64,000 nt of DNA, from contig CM097883.1 of the NCBI GenBank assembly GCA_044892505.1, positions 400,892,001 to 400,956,000 on the forward strand, written 5' to 3'. The notes under the pieces were generated by a model. The model was not told where the DNA came from. It was given only the letters and a program-made list of their open reading frames with translations, and did no database searches. Made by a program: the position numbers and the translations under genes. This document shows positions 37,401 through 51,439 of the stretch, piece after piece; position 1 is the stretch's first letter, and each line of letters begins with the position of its first letter. Source of the stretch: Schmidtea nova. Its lineage: Eukaryota.

Positions 37401-40400
37401 AGAATATAATGTTTATACGTTAAATGAATTAAACATCTATGTCATGTCTTATATTTTGTTCTATGAATTCGTTATTTCGATTCTGAAGGTTTGTCAGTAA
37501 TATTCACTTTAATTTTTCATTAACAAATTATATATATAAATATCATTATTACATCAAATGATTACATTGCAAGTATTTGATAAGTATGGCCTACAAATCT
37601 TACTTGTCCCTTTCCGACATACGCAAGTCAATGAATGTAACTTATTCATCGACTTCTTATTTATTTATTTTACAGATTCGTGGAGAATATAATGTTTATA
37701 CGTTAAATGAGTTAAACATCTATGTCATGTCTTATATTTTGTTCTATGAATTCGTTATTCCCATTCTGAAGGTTTGTCAGTAATATTCACTTTAATTTTT
37801 CATTAACAAATTATATATATAAATATCATTATTACATCAAATGATTACATTGCAAGTATTTGATAAGTATGGCCTACAAATCTTACTTGACCCTTTCCGA
37901 CATATGCAAGTCAATGAATGTAACTTATTCATCGACTTCTTATTTATTTATTTTACAGATTCGTGGAGAATATAATGTTTATACGTTAAATGAATTAAAC
38001 ATCTATGTCATGTCTTATATTTTGTTCTATGAATTCGTTATTTCGATTCTGAAGGTTTGTCAGTAATATTCACTTTAATTTTTCATTAACAAATTATATA
38101 TATAAATATCATTATTACATCAAATGATTACATTGCAAGTATTTGATAAGTATGGCCTACAAATCTTACTTGTCCCTTTCCGACATACGCAAGTCAATGA
38201 ATGTAACTTATTCATCGACTTCTTATTTATTTATTTTACAGATTCGTGGAGAATATAATGTTTATACGTTAAATGAGTTAAACATCTATGTCATGTCTTA
38301 TATTTTGTTCTATGAATTCGTTATTCCCATTCTGAAGGTTTGTCAGTAATATTCACTTTAATTTTTCATTAACAAATTATATATATATATATATATATAA
38401 ATATCATTATTACATCAAATGATTACATTGCAAGTATTTGATAAGTATGGCCTACAAATCTTACTTGTCCCTTTCCGACATACGCAAGTCAATGAATGTA
38501 ACTTATTCATCGACTTCTTATTTATTTATTTTACAGGTTCGTGGAGAATATAACGTTTATACGTTAAATGAGTTAAACATCTATGTCATGTCTTATATTT
38601 TGTTCTATGAATTCGTTATTCCCATTCTGAAGGTTTGTCAGTAATATTCACTTTAATTTTTCATTAACAAATTATATATATATATATAAATATCATTCTT
38701 ACATCAAATGATTACATTGCAAGTATTTGATAAGTATGGCCTACAAATCTTACTTGACCCTTTCCGACATATGCAAGTCAATGAATGTAACTTATTCATC
38801 GACTTCTTATTTATTTATTTTACAGGTTCGTGGAGAATATAACGTTTATACGTTAAATGAGTTAAACATCTATGTCATGTCTTATATTTTGTTCTATGAA
38901 TTCGTTATTCCCATTCTGAAGGTTTGTCAGTAATATTCACTTTAATTTTTCATTAACAAATTACGTAAATTTCTAATGGTGTGAATCTCCAGCTAATGAT
39001 TCCTCAGTGGTGTATTTCACCCTTTCCCATTGGCACGAAATTCAGAATGCCGCCGGTTTATGTGAGTATTATAATCTTTTGATTTTTATTATCTTACATA
39101 ACATTCATCCCTTCTGGACAAGACCTTTTTTGAAAATAGCTCTTTTCGATATATTTTTATTTGCGTAATTTTATGCGCTAAATCGGAGAAACTAAAATTT
39201 ACTTGAACGTAGTTACAGGTCATTCGACCAGCATATCACATCGTGAGAGGTTTTCATGAAGGAGTGAGTAGGAGAAAATTGTACCGCAGTTATTACGTAA
39301 TAGAAATTAATAGTTATACTGTTACCGCAGGCGACGCTAATCTGAGAAACGACTAATGGATTTTTAATAGATATTTTGACTATATGAGCTAAGGTGAGAG
39401 CGACAAATTACCGCAGGTGACGCTAATCTGAGAAACGACTAATGGATTTTTAATAGATATTTTGACTATATGAGCTAAGGTGAGAGCGACAAATTACAAT
39501 AATACCAAATGAGTAATTGAATTTAGTGCCGATTAATGCTCACAGAGGAAATTTAGTGATAATGTAGTAGAGAGCTGAATCGAATTATTTGGTGAGGGAA
39601 TATTTTTTGAAGGCATTAAGGTCCGGAAAATACTCAATAGTATAAAATTTTCAGAAATATGTCAGTGGCATGGGGATTAAATCCATTTACGATCAACGAG
39701 AGTTAATTAAGGATAATGGGAGTACGTGGGCTTAATTTACTTTTTTGTAAGAACGACGAGCGAATTCATTAAGAACGAGTTAAGGCACGACGCAGAGACA
39801 AGGTGGCCTACAAATCTTACTTGTCCCTTTCCGACATACGCAAGTCAATGAATGTAACTTATTCATCGACTTCTTATTTATTTATTTTACAGATTCGTGG
39901 AGAATATAATGTTTATACGTTAAATGAGTTAAACATCTATGTCATGTCTTATATTTTGTTCTATGAATTCGTTATTCCCATTCTGAAGGTTTGTCAGTAA
40001 TATTCACTTTAATTTTTCATTAACAAATTATATATATATATATATAAATATCATTATTACATCAAATGATTACATTGCAAGTATTTGATAAGTATGGCCT
40101 ACAAATCTTACTTGTCCCTTTCCGACATACGCAAGTCAATGAATGTAACTTATTCATCGACTTCTTATTTATTTATTTTACAGATTCGTGGAGAATATAA
40201 TGTTTATACGTTAAATGAATTAAACATCTATGTCATGTCTTATATTTTGTTCTATGAATTCGTTATTTCGATTCTGAAGGTTTGTCAGTAATATTCACTT
40301 TAATTTTTCATTAACAAATTATATATATAAATATCATTATTACATCAAATGATTACATTGCAAGTATTTGATAAGTATGGCCTACAAATCTTACTTGTCC

Positions 40401-43400
40401 CTTTCCGACATACGCAAGTCAATGAATGTAACTTATTCATCGACTTCTTATTTATTTATTTTACAGATTCGTGGAGAATATAATGTTTATACGTTAAATG
40501 AGTTAAACATCTATGTCATGTCTTATATTTTGTTCTATGAATTCGTTATTCCCATTCTGAAGGTTTGTCAGTAATATTCACTTTAATTTTTCATTAACAA
40601 ATTATATATATAAATATCATTATTACATCAAATGATTACATTGCAAGTATTTGATAAGTATGGCCTACAAATCTTACTTGACCCTTTCCGACATATGCAA
40701 GTCAATGAATGTAACTTATTCATCGACTTCTTATTTATTTATTTTACAGATTCGTGGAGAATATAATGTTTATACGTTAAATGAATTAAACATCTATGTC
40801 ATGTCTTATATTTTGTTCTATGAATTCGTTATTTCGATTCTGAAGGTTTGTCAGTAATATTCACTTTAATTTTTCATTAACAAATTATATATATAAATAT
40901 CATTATTACATCAAATGATTACATTGCAAGTATTTGATAAGTATGGCCTACAAATCTTACTTGTCCCTTTCCGACATACGCAAGTCAATGAATGTAACTT
41001 ATTCATCGACTTCTTATTTATTTATTTTACAGATTCGTGGAGAATATAATGTTTATACGTTAAATGAGTTAAACATCTATGTCATGTCTTATATTTTGTT
41101 CTATGAATTCGTTATTCCCATTCTGAAGGTTTGTCAGTAATATTCACTTTAATTTTTCATTAACAAATTATATATATATATATATATATATAAATATCAT
41201 TATTACATCAAATGATTACATTGCAAGTATTTGATAAGTATGGCCTACAAATCTTACTTGTCCCTTTCCGACATACGCAAGTCAATGAATGTAACTTATT
41301 CATCGACTTCTTATTTATTTATTTTACAGGTTAGTGGAGAATATAACGTTTATACGTTAAATGAGTTAAACATCTATGTCATGTCTTATATTTTGTTCTA
41401 TGAATTCGTTATTCCCATTCTGAAGGTTTGTCAGTAATATTCACTTTAATTTTTCATTAACAAATTATATATATATATATAAATATCATTCTTACATCAA
41501 ATGATTACATTGCAAGTATTTGATAAGTATGGCCTACAAATCTTACTTGACCCTTTCCGACATATGCAAGTCAATGAATGTAACTTATTCATCGACTTCT
41601 TATTTATTTATTTTACAGGTTCGTGGAGAATATAACGTTTATACGTTAAATGAGTTAAACATCTATGTCATGTCTTATATTTTGTTCTATGAATTCGTTA
41701 TTCCCATTCTGAAGGTTTGTCAGTAATATTCACTTTAATTTTTCATTAACAAATTACGTAAATTTCTAATGGTGTGAATCTCCAGCTAATGATTCCTCAG
41801 TGGTGTATTTCACCCTTTCCCATTGGCACGAAATTCAGAATGCCGCCGGTTTATGTGAGTATTATAATCTTTTGATTTTTATTATCTTACATAACATTCA
41901 TCCCTTCTGGACAAGACCTTTTTTGAAAATAGCTATTTTCGATATATTTTTATTTGCGTAATTTTATGCGCTAAATCGGAGAAACTAAAATTTACTTGAA
42001 CGTAGTTACAGGTCATTCGACCAGCATATCACATCGTGAGAGGTTTTCATGAAGGAGTGAGTAGGAGAAAATTGTACCGCAGTTATTACGTAATAGAAAT
42101 TAATAGTTATACTGTTACCGCAGGCGACGCTAATCTGAGAAACGACTAATGGATTTTTAATAGATATTTTGACTATATGAGCTAAGGTGAGAGCGACAAA
42201 TTACCGCAGGTGACGCTAATCTGAGAAACGACTAATGGATTTTTAATAGATATTTTGACTATATGAGCTAAGGTGAGAGCGACAAATTACAATAATACCA
42301 AATGAGTAATTGAATTTAGTGCCGATTAATGCTCACAGAGGAAATTTAGTGATAATGTAGTAGAGAGCTGAATCGAATTATTTGGTGAGGGAATATTTTT
42401 TGAAGGCATTAAGGTCCGGAAAATACTCAATAGTATAAAATTTTCAGAAATATGTCAGTGGCATGGGGATTAAATCCATTTACGATCAACGAGAGTTAAT
42501 TAAGGATAATGGGAGTACGTGGGCTTAATTTACTTTTTTGTAAGAACGACGAGCGAATTCATTAAGAACGAGTTAAGGCACGACGCAGAGACAAGGTGGC
42601 CTACAAATCTTACTTGTCCCTTTCCGACATACGCAAGTCAATGAATGTAACTTATTCATCGACTTCTTATTTATTTATTTTACAGATTCGTGGAGAATAT
42701 AATGTTTATACGTTAAATGAGTTAAACATCTATGTCATGTCTTATATTTTGTTCTATGAATTCGTTATTCCCATTCTGAAGGTTTGTCAGTAATATTCAC
42801 TTTAATTTTTCATTAACAAATTATATATAAATATCATTATTACATCAAATGATTACATTGCAAGTATTTGATAAGTATGGCCTACAAATCTTACTTGTCC
42901 CTTTCCGACATATGCAAGTCAATGAATGTAACTTATTCATCGACTTCTTATTTATTAATTTTACAGATTCGTGGAGAATATAATGTTTATACGTTAAATG
43001 AGTTAAACATCTATGTCATGTCTTATATTTTGTTCTATGAATTCGTTATTCCCATTCTGAAGGTTTGTCAGTAATATTCACTTTAATTTTTCATTAACAA
43101 TTTATATATATATATAAATTTCATTCTTACATCAAATGATTACATTGCAAGTATTTGATAAGTATGGCCTACAAATCTTACTTGTCCCTTTCCGACATAT
43201 GCAAGTCAATGAATGTAACTTATTCATCGACTTCTTATTTATTTATTTTACAGATTCGTGGAGAATATAATGTTTATACGTTAAATGAGTTAAACATCTA
43301 TGTCATGTCTTATATTTTGTTCTATGAATTCGTTATTTCGATTCTGAAGGTTTGTCAGTAATATTCACTTTAATTTTTCATTAACAAATTATATATATAA

Positions 43401-46400
43401 ATATCATTATTACATCAAATGATTACATTGCAAGTATTTGATAAGTATGGCCTACAAATCTTACTTGTCCCTTTCCGACATACGCAAGTCAATGAATGTA
43501 ACTTATTCATCGACTTCTTATTTATTTATTTTACAGATTCGTGGAGAATATAATGTTTATACGTTAAATGAGTTAAACATCTATGTCATGTCTTATATTT
43601 TGTTCTATGAATTCGTTATTCCCATTCTGAAGGTTTGTCAGTAATATTCACTTTAATTTTTCATTAACAAATTATATATATATATATATATATATAAATA
43701 TCATTATTACATCAAATGATTACATTGCAAGTATTTGATAAGTATGGCCTACAAATCTTACTTGTCCCTTTCCGACATACGCAAGTCAATGAATGTAACT
43801 TATTCATCGACTTCTTATTTATTTATTTTACAGGTTCGTGGAGAATATAACGTTTATACGTTAAATGAGTTAAACATCTATGTCATGTCTTATATTTTGT
43901 TCTATGAATTCGTTATTCCCATTCTGAAGGTTTGTCAGTAATATTCACTTTAATTTTTCATTAACAAATTATATATATATATATATAAATATCATTCTTA
44001 CATCAAATGATTACATTGCAAGTATTTGATAAGTATGGCCTACAAATCTTACTTGACCCTTTCCGACATATGCAAGTCAATGAATGTAACTTATTCATCG
44101 ACTTCTTATTTATTTATTTTACAGGTTCGTGGAGAATATAACGTTTATACGTTAAATGAGTTAAACATCTATGTCATGTCTTATATTTTGTTCTATGAAT
44201 TCGTTATTCCCATTCTGAAGGTTTGTCAGTAATATTCACTTTAATTTTTCATTAACAAATTACGTAAATTTCTAATGGTGTGAATCTCCAGCTAATGATT
44301 CCTCAGTGGTGTATTTCACCCTTTCCCATTGGCACGAAATTCAGAATGCCGCCGGTTTATGTGAGTATTATAATCTTTTGATTTTTATTATCTTACATAA
44401 CATTCATCCCTTCTGGACAAGACCTTTTTTGAAAATAGCTCTTTTCGATATATTTTTATTTGCGTAATTTTATGCGCTAAATCGGAGAAACTAAAATTTA
44501 CTTGAACGTAGTTACAGGTCATTCGACCAGCATATCACATCGTGAGAGGTTTTCATGAAGGAGTGAGTAGGAGAAAATTGTACCGCAGTTATTACGTAAT
44601 AGAAATTAATAGTTATACTGTTACCGCAGGCGACGCTAATCTGAGAAACGACTAATGGATTTTTAATAGATATTTTGACTATATGAGCTAAGGTGAGAGC
44701 GACAAATTACCGCAGGCGACGCTAATCTGAGAAACGACTAATGGATTTTTAATAGATATTTTGACTATATGAGCTAAGGTGAGAGCGACAAATTACCGCA
44801 GGTGACGCTAATCTGAGAAACGACTAATGGATTTTTAATAGATATTTTGACTATATGAGCTAAGGTGAGAGCGACAAATTACCGCAGGTGACGCTAATCT
44901 GAGAAACGACTAATGGATTTTTAATAGATATTTTGACTATATGAGCTAAGGTGAGAGCGACAAATTACAATAATACCAAATGAGTAATTGAATTTAGTGC
45001 CGATTAATGCTCACAGAGGAAATTTAGTGATAATGTAGTAGAGAGCTGAATCGAATTATTTGGTGAGGGAATATTTTTTGAAGGCATTAAGGTCCGGAAA
45101 ATACTCAATAGTATAAAATTTTCAGAAATATGTCAGTGGCATGGGGATTAAATCCATTTACGATCAACGAGAGTTAATTAAGGATAATGGGAGTACGTGG
45201 GCTTAATTTACTTTTTTGTAAGAACGACGAGCGAATTCATTAAGAACGAGTTAAGGCACGACGCAGAGACAAGGTGGCCTACAAATCTTACTTGTCCCTT
45301 TCCGACATACGCAAGTCAATGAATGTAACTTATTCATCGACTTCTTATTTATTTATTTTACAGATTCGTGGAGAATATAATGTTTATACGTTAAATGAGT
45401 TAAACATCTATGTCATGTCTTATATTTTGTTCTATGAATTCGTTATTCCCATTCTGAAGGTTTGTCAGTAATATTCACTTTAATTTTTCATTAACAAATT
45501 ATATATATATATAAATATCATTATTACATCAAATGATTACATTGCAAGTATTTGATAAGTATGGCCTACAAATCTTACTTGTCCCTTTCCGACATACGCA
45601 AGTCAATGAATGTAACTTATTCATCGACTTCTTATTTATTTATTTTACAGATTCGTGGAGAATATAATGTTTATACGTTAAATGAGTTAAACATCTATGT
45701 CATGTCTTATATTTTGTTCTATGAATTCGTTATTCCCATTCTGAAGGTTTGTCAGTAATATTCACTTTAATTTTTCATTAACAAATTATATATATAAATA
45801 TCATTATTACATCAAATGATTACATTGCAAGTATTTGATAAGTATGGCCTACAAATCTTACTTGACCCTTTCCGACATATGCAAGTCAATGAATGTAACT
45901 TATTCATCGACTTCTTATTTATTTATTTTACAGATTCGTGGAGAATATAATGTTTATACGTTAAATGAATTAAACATCTATGTCATGTCTTATATTTTGT
46001 TCTATGAATTCGTTATTTCGATTCTGAAGGTTTGTCAGTAATATTCACTTTAATTTTTCATTAACAAATTATATATATAAATATCATTATTACATCAAAT
46101 GATTACATTGCAAGTATTTGATAAGTATGGCCTACAAATCTTACTTGTCCCTTTCCGACATACGCAAGTCAATGAATGTAACTTATTCATCGACTTCTTA
46201 TTTATTTATTTTACAGATTCGTGGAGAATATAATGTTTATACGTTAAATGAGTTAAACATCTATGTCATGTCTTATATTTTGTTCTATGAATTCGTTATT
46301 CCCATTCTGAAGGTTTGTCAGTAATATTCACTTTAATTTTTCATTAACAAATTATATATATATATATATATATAAATATCATTATTACATCAAATGATTA

Positions 46401-49400
46401 CATTGCAAGTATTTGATAAGTATGGCCTACAAATCTTACTTGTCCCTTTCCGACATACGCAAGTCAATGAATGTAACTTATTCATCGACTTCTTATTTAT
46501 TTATTTTACAGGTTCGTGGAGAATATAACGTTTATACGTTAAATGAGTTAAACATCTATGTCATGTCTTATATTTTGTTCTATGAATTCGTTATTCCCAT
46601 TCTGAAGGTTTGTCAGTAATATTCACTTTAATTTTTCATTAACAATTTATATATATATATAAATTTCATTCTTACATCAAATGATTACATTGCAAGTATT
46701 TGATAAGTATGGCCTACAAATCTTACTTGTCCCTTTCCGACATATGCAAGTCAATGAATGTAACTTATTCATCGACTTCTTATTTATTTATTTTACAGAT
46801 TCGTGGAGAATATAATGTTTATACGTTAAATGAGTTAAACATCTATGTCATGTCTTATATTTTGTTCTATGAATTCGTTATTCCCATTCTGAAGGTTTGT
46901 CAGTAATATTCACTTTAATTTTTCATTAACAAATTATATATATAAATATCATTATTACATCAAATGATTACATTGCAAGTATTTGATAAGTATGGCCTAC
47001 AAATCTTACTTGACCCTTTCCGACATATGCAAGTCAATGAATGTAACTTATTCATCGACTTCTTATTTATTTATTTTACAGATTCGTGGAGAATATAATG
47101 TTTATACGTTAAATGAATTAAACATCTATGTCATGTCTTATATTTTGTTCTATGAATTCGTTATTTCGATTCTGAAGGTTTGTCAGTAATATTCACTTTA
47201 ATTTTTCATTAACAAATTATATATATAAATATCATTATTACATCAAATGATTACATTGCAAGTATTTGATAAGTATGGCCTACAAATCTTACTTGTCCCT
47301 TTCCGACATACGCAAGTCAATGAATGTAACTTATTCATCGACTTCTTATTTATTTATTTTACAGATTCGTGGAGAATATAATGTTTATACGTTAAATGAG
47401 TTAAACATCTATGTCATGTCTTATATTTTGTTCTATGAATTCGTTATTCCCATTCTGAAGGTTTGTCAGTAATATTCACTTTAATTTTTCATTAACAAAT
47501 TATATATATATATATATATATAAATATCATTATTACATCAAATGATTACATTGCAAGTATTTGATAAGTATGGCCTACAAATCTTACTTGTCCCTTTCCG
47601 ACATACGCAAGTCAATGAATGTAACTTATTCATCGACTTCTTATTTATTTATTTTACAGGTTCGTGGAGAATATAACGTTTATACGTTAAATGAGTTAAA
47701 CATCTATGTCATGTCTTATATTTTGTTCTATGAATTCGTTATTCCCATTCTGAAGGTTTGTCAGTAATATTCACTTTAATTTTTCATTAACAAATTATAT
47801 ATATATATATATAAATATCATTCTTACATCAAATGATTACATTGCAAGTATTTGATAAGTATGGCCTACAAATCTTACTTGACCCTTTCCGACATATGCA
47901 AGTCAATGAATGTAACTTATTCATCGACTTCTTATTTATTTATTTTACAGGTTCGTGGAGAATATAACGTTTATACGTTAAATGAGTTAAACATCTATGT
48001 CATGTCTTATATTTTGTTCTATGAATTCGTTATTCCCATTCTGAAGGTTTGTCAGTAATATTCACTTTAATTTTTCATTAACAAATTACGTAAATTTCTA
48101 ATGGTGTGAATCTCCAGCTAATGATTCCTCAGTGGTGTATTTCACCCTTTCCCATTGGCACGAAATTCAGAATGCCGCCGGTTTATGTGAGTATTATAAT
48201 CTTTTGATTTTTATTATCTTACATAACATTCATCCCTTCTGGACAAGACCTTTTTTGAAAATAGCTCTTTTCGATATATTTTTATTTGCGTAATTTTATG
48301 CGCTAAATCGGAGAAACTAAAATTTACTTGAACGTAGTTACAGGTCATTCGACCAGCATATCACATCGTGAGAGGTTTTCATGAAGGAGTGAGTAGGAGA
48401 AAATTGTACCGCAGTTATTACGTAATAGAAATTAATAGTTATACTGTTACCGCAGGCGACGCTAATCTGAGAAACGACTAATGGATTTTTAATAGATATT
48501 TTGACTATATGAGCTAAGGTGAGAGCGACAAATTACCGCAGGCGACGCTAATCTGAGAAACGACTAATGGATTTTTAATAGATATTTTGACTATATGAGC
48601 TAAGGTGAGAGCGACAAATTACCGCAGGTGACGCTAATCTGAGAAACGACTAATGGATTTTTAATAGATATTTTGACTATATGAGCTAAGGTGAGAGCGA
48701 CAAATTACAATAATACCAAATGAGTAATTGAATTTAGTGCCGATTAATGCTCACAGAGGAAATTTAGTGATAATGTAGTAGAGAGCTGAATCGAATTATT
48801 TGGTGAGGGAATATTTTTTGAAGGCATTAAGGTCCGGAAAATACTCAATAGTATAAAATTTTCAGAAATATGTCAGTGGCATGGGGATTAAATCCATTTA
48901 CGATCAACGAGAGTTAATTAAGGATAATGGGAGTACGTGGGCTTAATTTACTTTTTTGTAAGAACGACGAGCGAATTCATTAAGAACGAGTTAAGGCACG
49001 ACGCAGAGACAAGGTGGCCTACAAATCTTACTTGTCCCTTTCCGACATACGCAAGTCAATGAATGTAACTTATTCATCGACTTCTTATTTATTTATTTTA
49101 CAGATTCGTGGAGAATATAATGTTTATACGTTAAATGAGTTAAACATCTATGTCATGTCTTATATTTTGTTCTATGAATTCGTTATTCCCATTCTGAAGG
49201 TTTGTCAGTAATATTCACTTTAATTTTTCATTAACAAATTATATATATATATAAATATCATTATTACATCAAATGATTACATTGCAAGTATTTGATAAGT
49301 ATGGCCTACAAATCTTACTTGTCCCTTTCCGACATACGCAAGTCAATGAATGTAACTTATTCATCGACTTCTTATTTATTTATTTTACAGATTCGTGGAG

Positions 49401-51439
49401 AATATAATGTTTATACGTTAAATGAGTTAAACATCTATGTCATGTCTTATATTTTGTTCTATGAATTCGTTATTCCCATTCTGAAGGTTTGTCAGTAATA
49501 TTCACTTTAATTTTTCATTAACAAATTATATATATAAATATCATTATTACATCAAATGATTACATTGCAAGTATTTGATAAGTATGGCCTACAAATCTTA
49601 CTTGTCCCTTTCCGACATATGCAAGTCAATGAATGTAACTTATTCATCGACTTCTTATTTATTAATTTTACAGATTCGTGGAGAATATAATGTTTATACG
49701 TTAAATGAGTTAAACATCTATGTCATGTCTTATATTTTGTTCTATGAATTCGTTATTCCCATTCTGAAGGTTTGTCAGTAATATTCACTTTAATTTTTCA
49801 TTAACAAATTACGTAAATTTCTACTGGTGTGAATCTCCAGCTAATGATTCCTCAGTGGTGTATTTCACCCTTTCCCATTGGCACGAATTTCAGAATGCCG
49901 CCGGTTTATGTGAGTATTATAATCTTTTGATTTTTATTATCTTACATAACAGTCATCCCTTCTGGATAAGACTTTTTTTGAAAATAGCTCTTTTCGATAT
50001 ATTTTTATTTGCGTAATTTTATGCGATAAATCGGAGAGAAACTAAAATTTACCTGAACGTAGTTACAGGTCATTCGACCAGCATATCACAACGTGAGAGG
50101 TTTTCATGAAGGAGTGAGTAGGAGAAAATTGTACCGCAGTTATTACGTAATAGAAATTAATAGTTATACTGTTACCGCAGGCGACGCTAATCGGAGAAAC
50201 GACTAATGGATTTTTAATAGATATTTTGACTATATGAGCTGAGGTGAGAGCGACAAATTACAATAATACCAAGTGAGTAATTGAATTTAGTGCCGATTAA
50301 TGCTCACAGAGGAAATTTAGTGATAATGTAGTAGAGAGATAAATCGAATTATTTGGTGAGGGAATATTTTTTGAAGGCATTAGTAAATGCATTAAGGTCC
50401 GGAAAATACCCAATAGTATAAAATTTTCAGAAATATGTCAGTGGCATGGGGATTAAATCCATTTACGATCAACGAGAGTTAATTAAGGATAATGGGAGTA
50501 CGTGGGCTTAATTTACTTTTTTGTAAGAACGACGAGCGAATTCATTAAGAACGAGTTAAGGCACGACGCAGAGACAAGGTGGACCCGAGTGGCCGATAGA
50601 TCTGAAGTGCGAGTACCCAGTGGATACGCCACGATATTTTGTTGAATCGCCCAGCGAGATTCCGACCATGGATATTATTCAACATTGCGGAATCGTATTC
50701 GAAATACCAACCAGTCCTCCTATGACCGACCCCTCAGCCCAACCGAATCCTATTAGTGTACAGAACTCAATAAAATTAATTAATAACAATACCATGTAAA
50801 TCGCCTTCCTCCAATTAAATTATTGAAATGATTCTATTCAATATAATTATATATTCTCTATATAAATATCATTCTTACATCAAATGATTACATTGCAAGT
50901 ATTTGATAAGTATGGCCTACAAATCTTACTTGTCCTTTTCCGACATACGCAAGTCAATGAATGTAACTTATTCATCGACTTCTTATTTATTTATTTTACA
51001 GATTCGTGGAGAATATAATGTTTATACGTTAAATGAGTTAAACATCTATGTCATGTCTTATATTTTGTTCTATTAACTTTACAAATTAAAAAAATATATT
51101 TGCTAAAATTTCTTCTTAGAAACAACAAGTATAGTTTGCCTTCAAGAATATTTTGATAGCATAGTCTGCAAAGCCAGACAGCCTATTTTATAGTGTTGCA
51201 ACTTGAGTGGCGAGCAGCGACTTGTCCGTCATACGACTCAATTATTTAGTCAGTTATTCTAGGCGAGTATTACAAAATTTTTGGAATAAAATTTTTTTAA
51301 TTTATTTAATAAATAAACATAACATATGCATGGGTAAATGTAACACTTGTTTTGATAGTCTAAAATTAACTATGATACAAGTAGGTGTGTACATCTACGT
51401 GTTACTCATAGTTAGTTTGTTGAAATTATTCATTTTGAT

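Larger units (their letters stand above)
18190..51073 (+). repeat. ~32.9-kb nested tandem array: 79 complete ~283-297-bp monomers plus partial end copies, with 12 spacers defining ~2.79-kb higher-order repeats
   Basis: Monomer period is 283 bp plus variable (TA)n. Spacers start at about 18891, 22242, 25024, 27815, 30596, 33383, 36176, 38963, 41756, 44262, 48088 and 49811. Monomers per block: 2, 9, 7, 7, 7, 7, 7, 7, 7, 6, 10, 3. Confidence 0.98.

Noticed and set aside
18366-49781. 79 copies of a 65-68-aa ORF (MISMAYKSY...ILKVCQ) as a small-protein gene family
   Set aside because: They start at TTG or GTG, run through an intron-like polypyrimidine tract and acceptor, have no recognisable family, and simply mirror the monomer period.
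18190-51073. CRISPR-like repeat-spacer array
   Set aside because: The intervening sequences are near-identical copies rather than unique spacers, there are no cas genes, and the context is eukaryotic.
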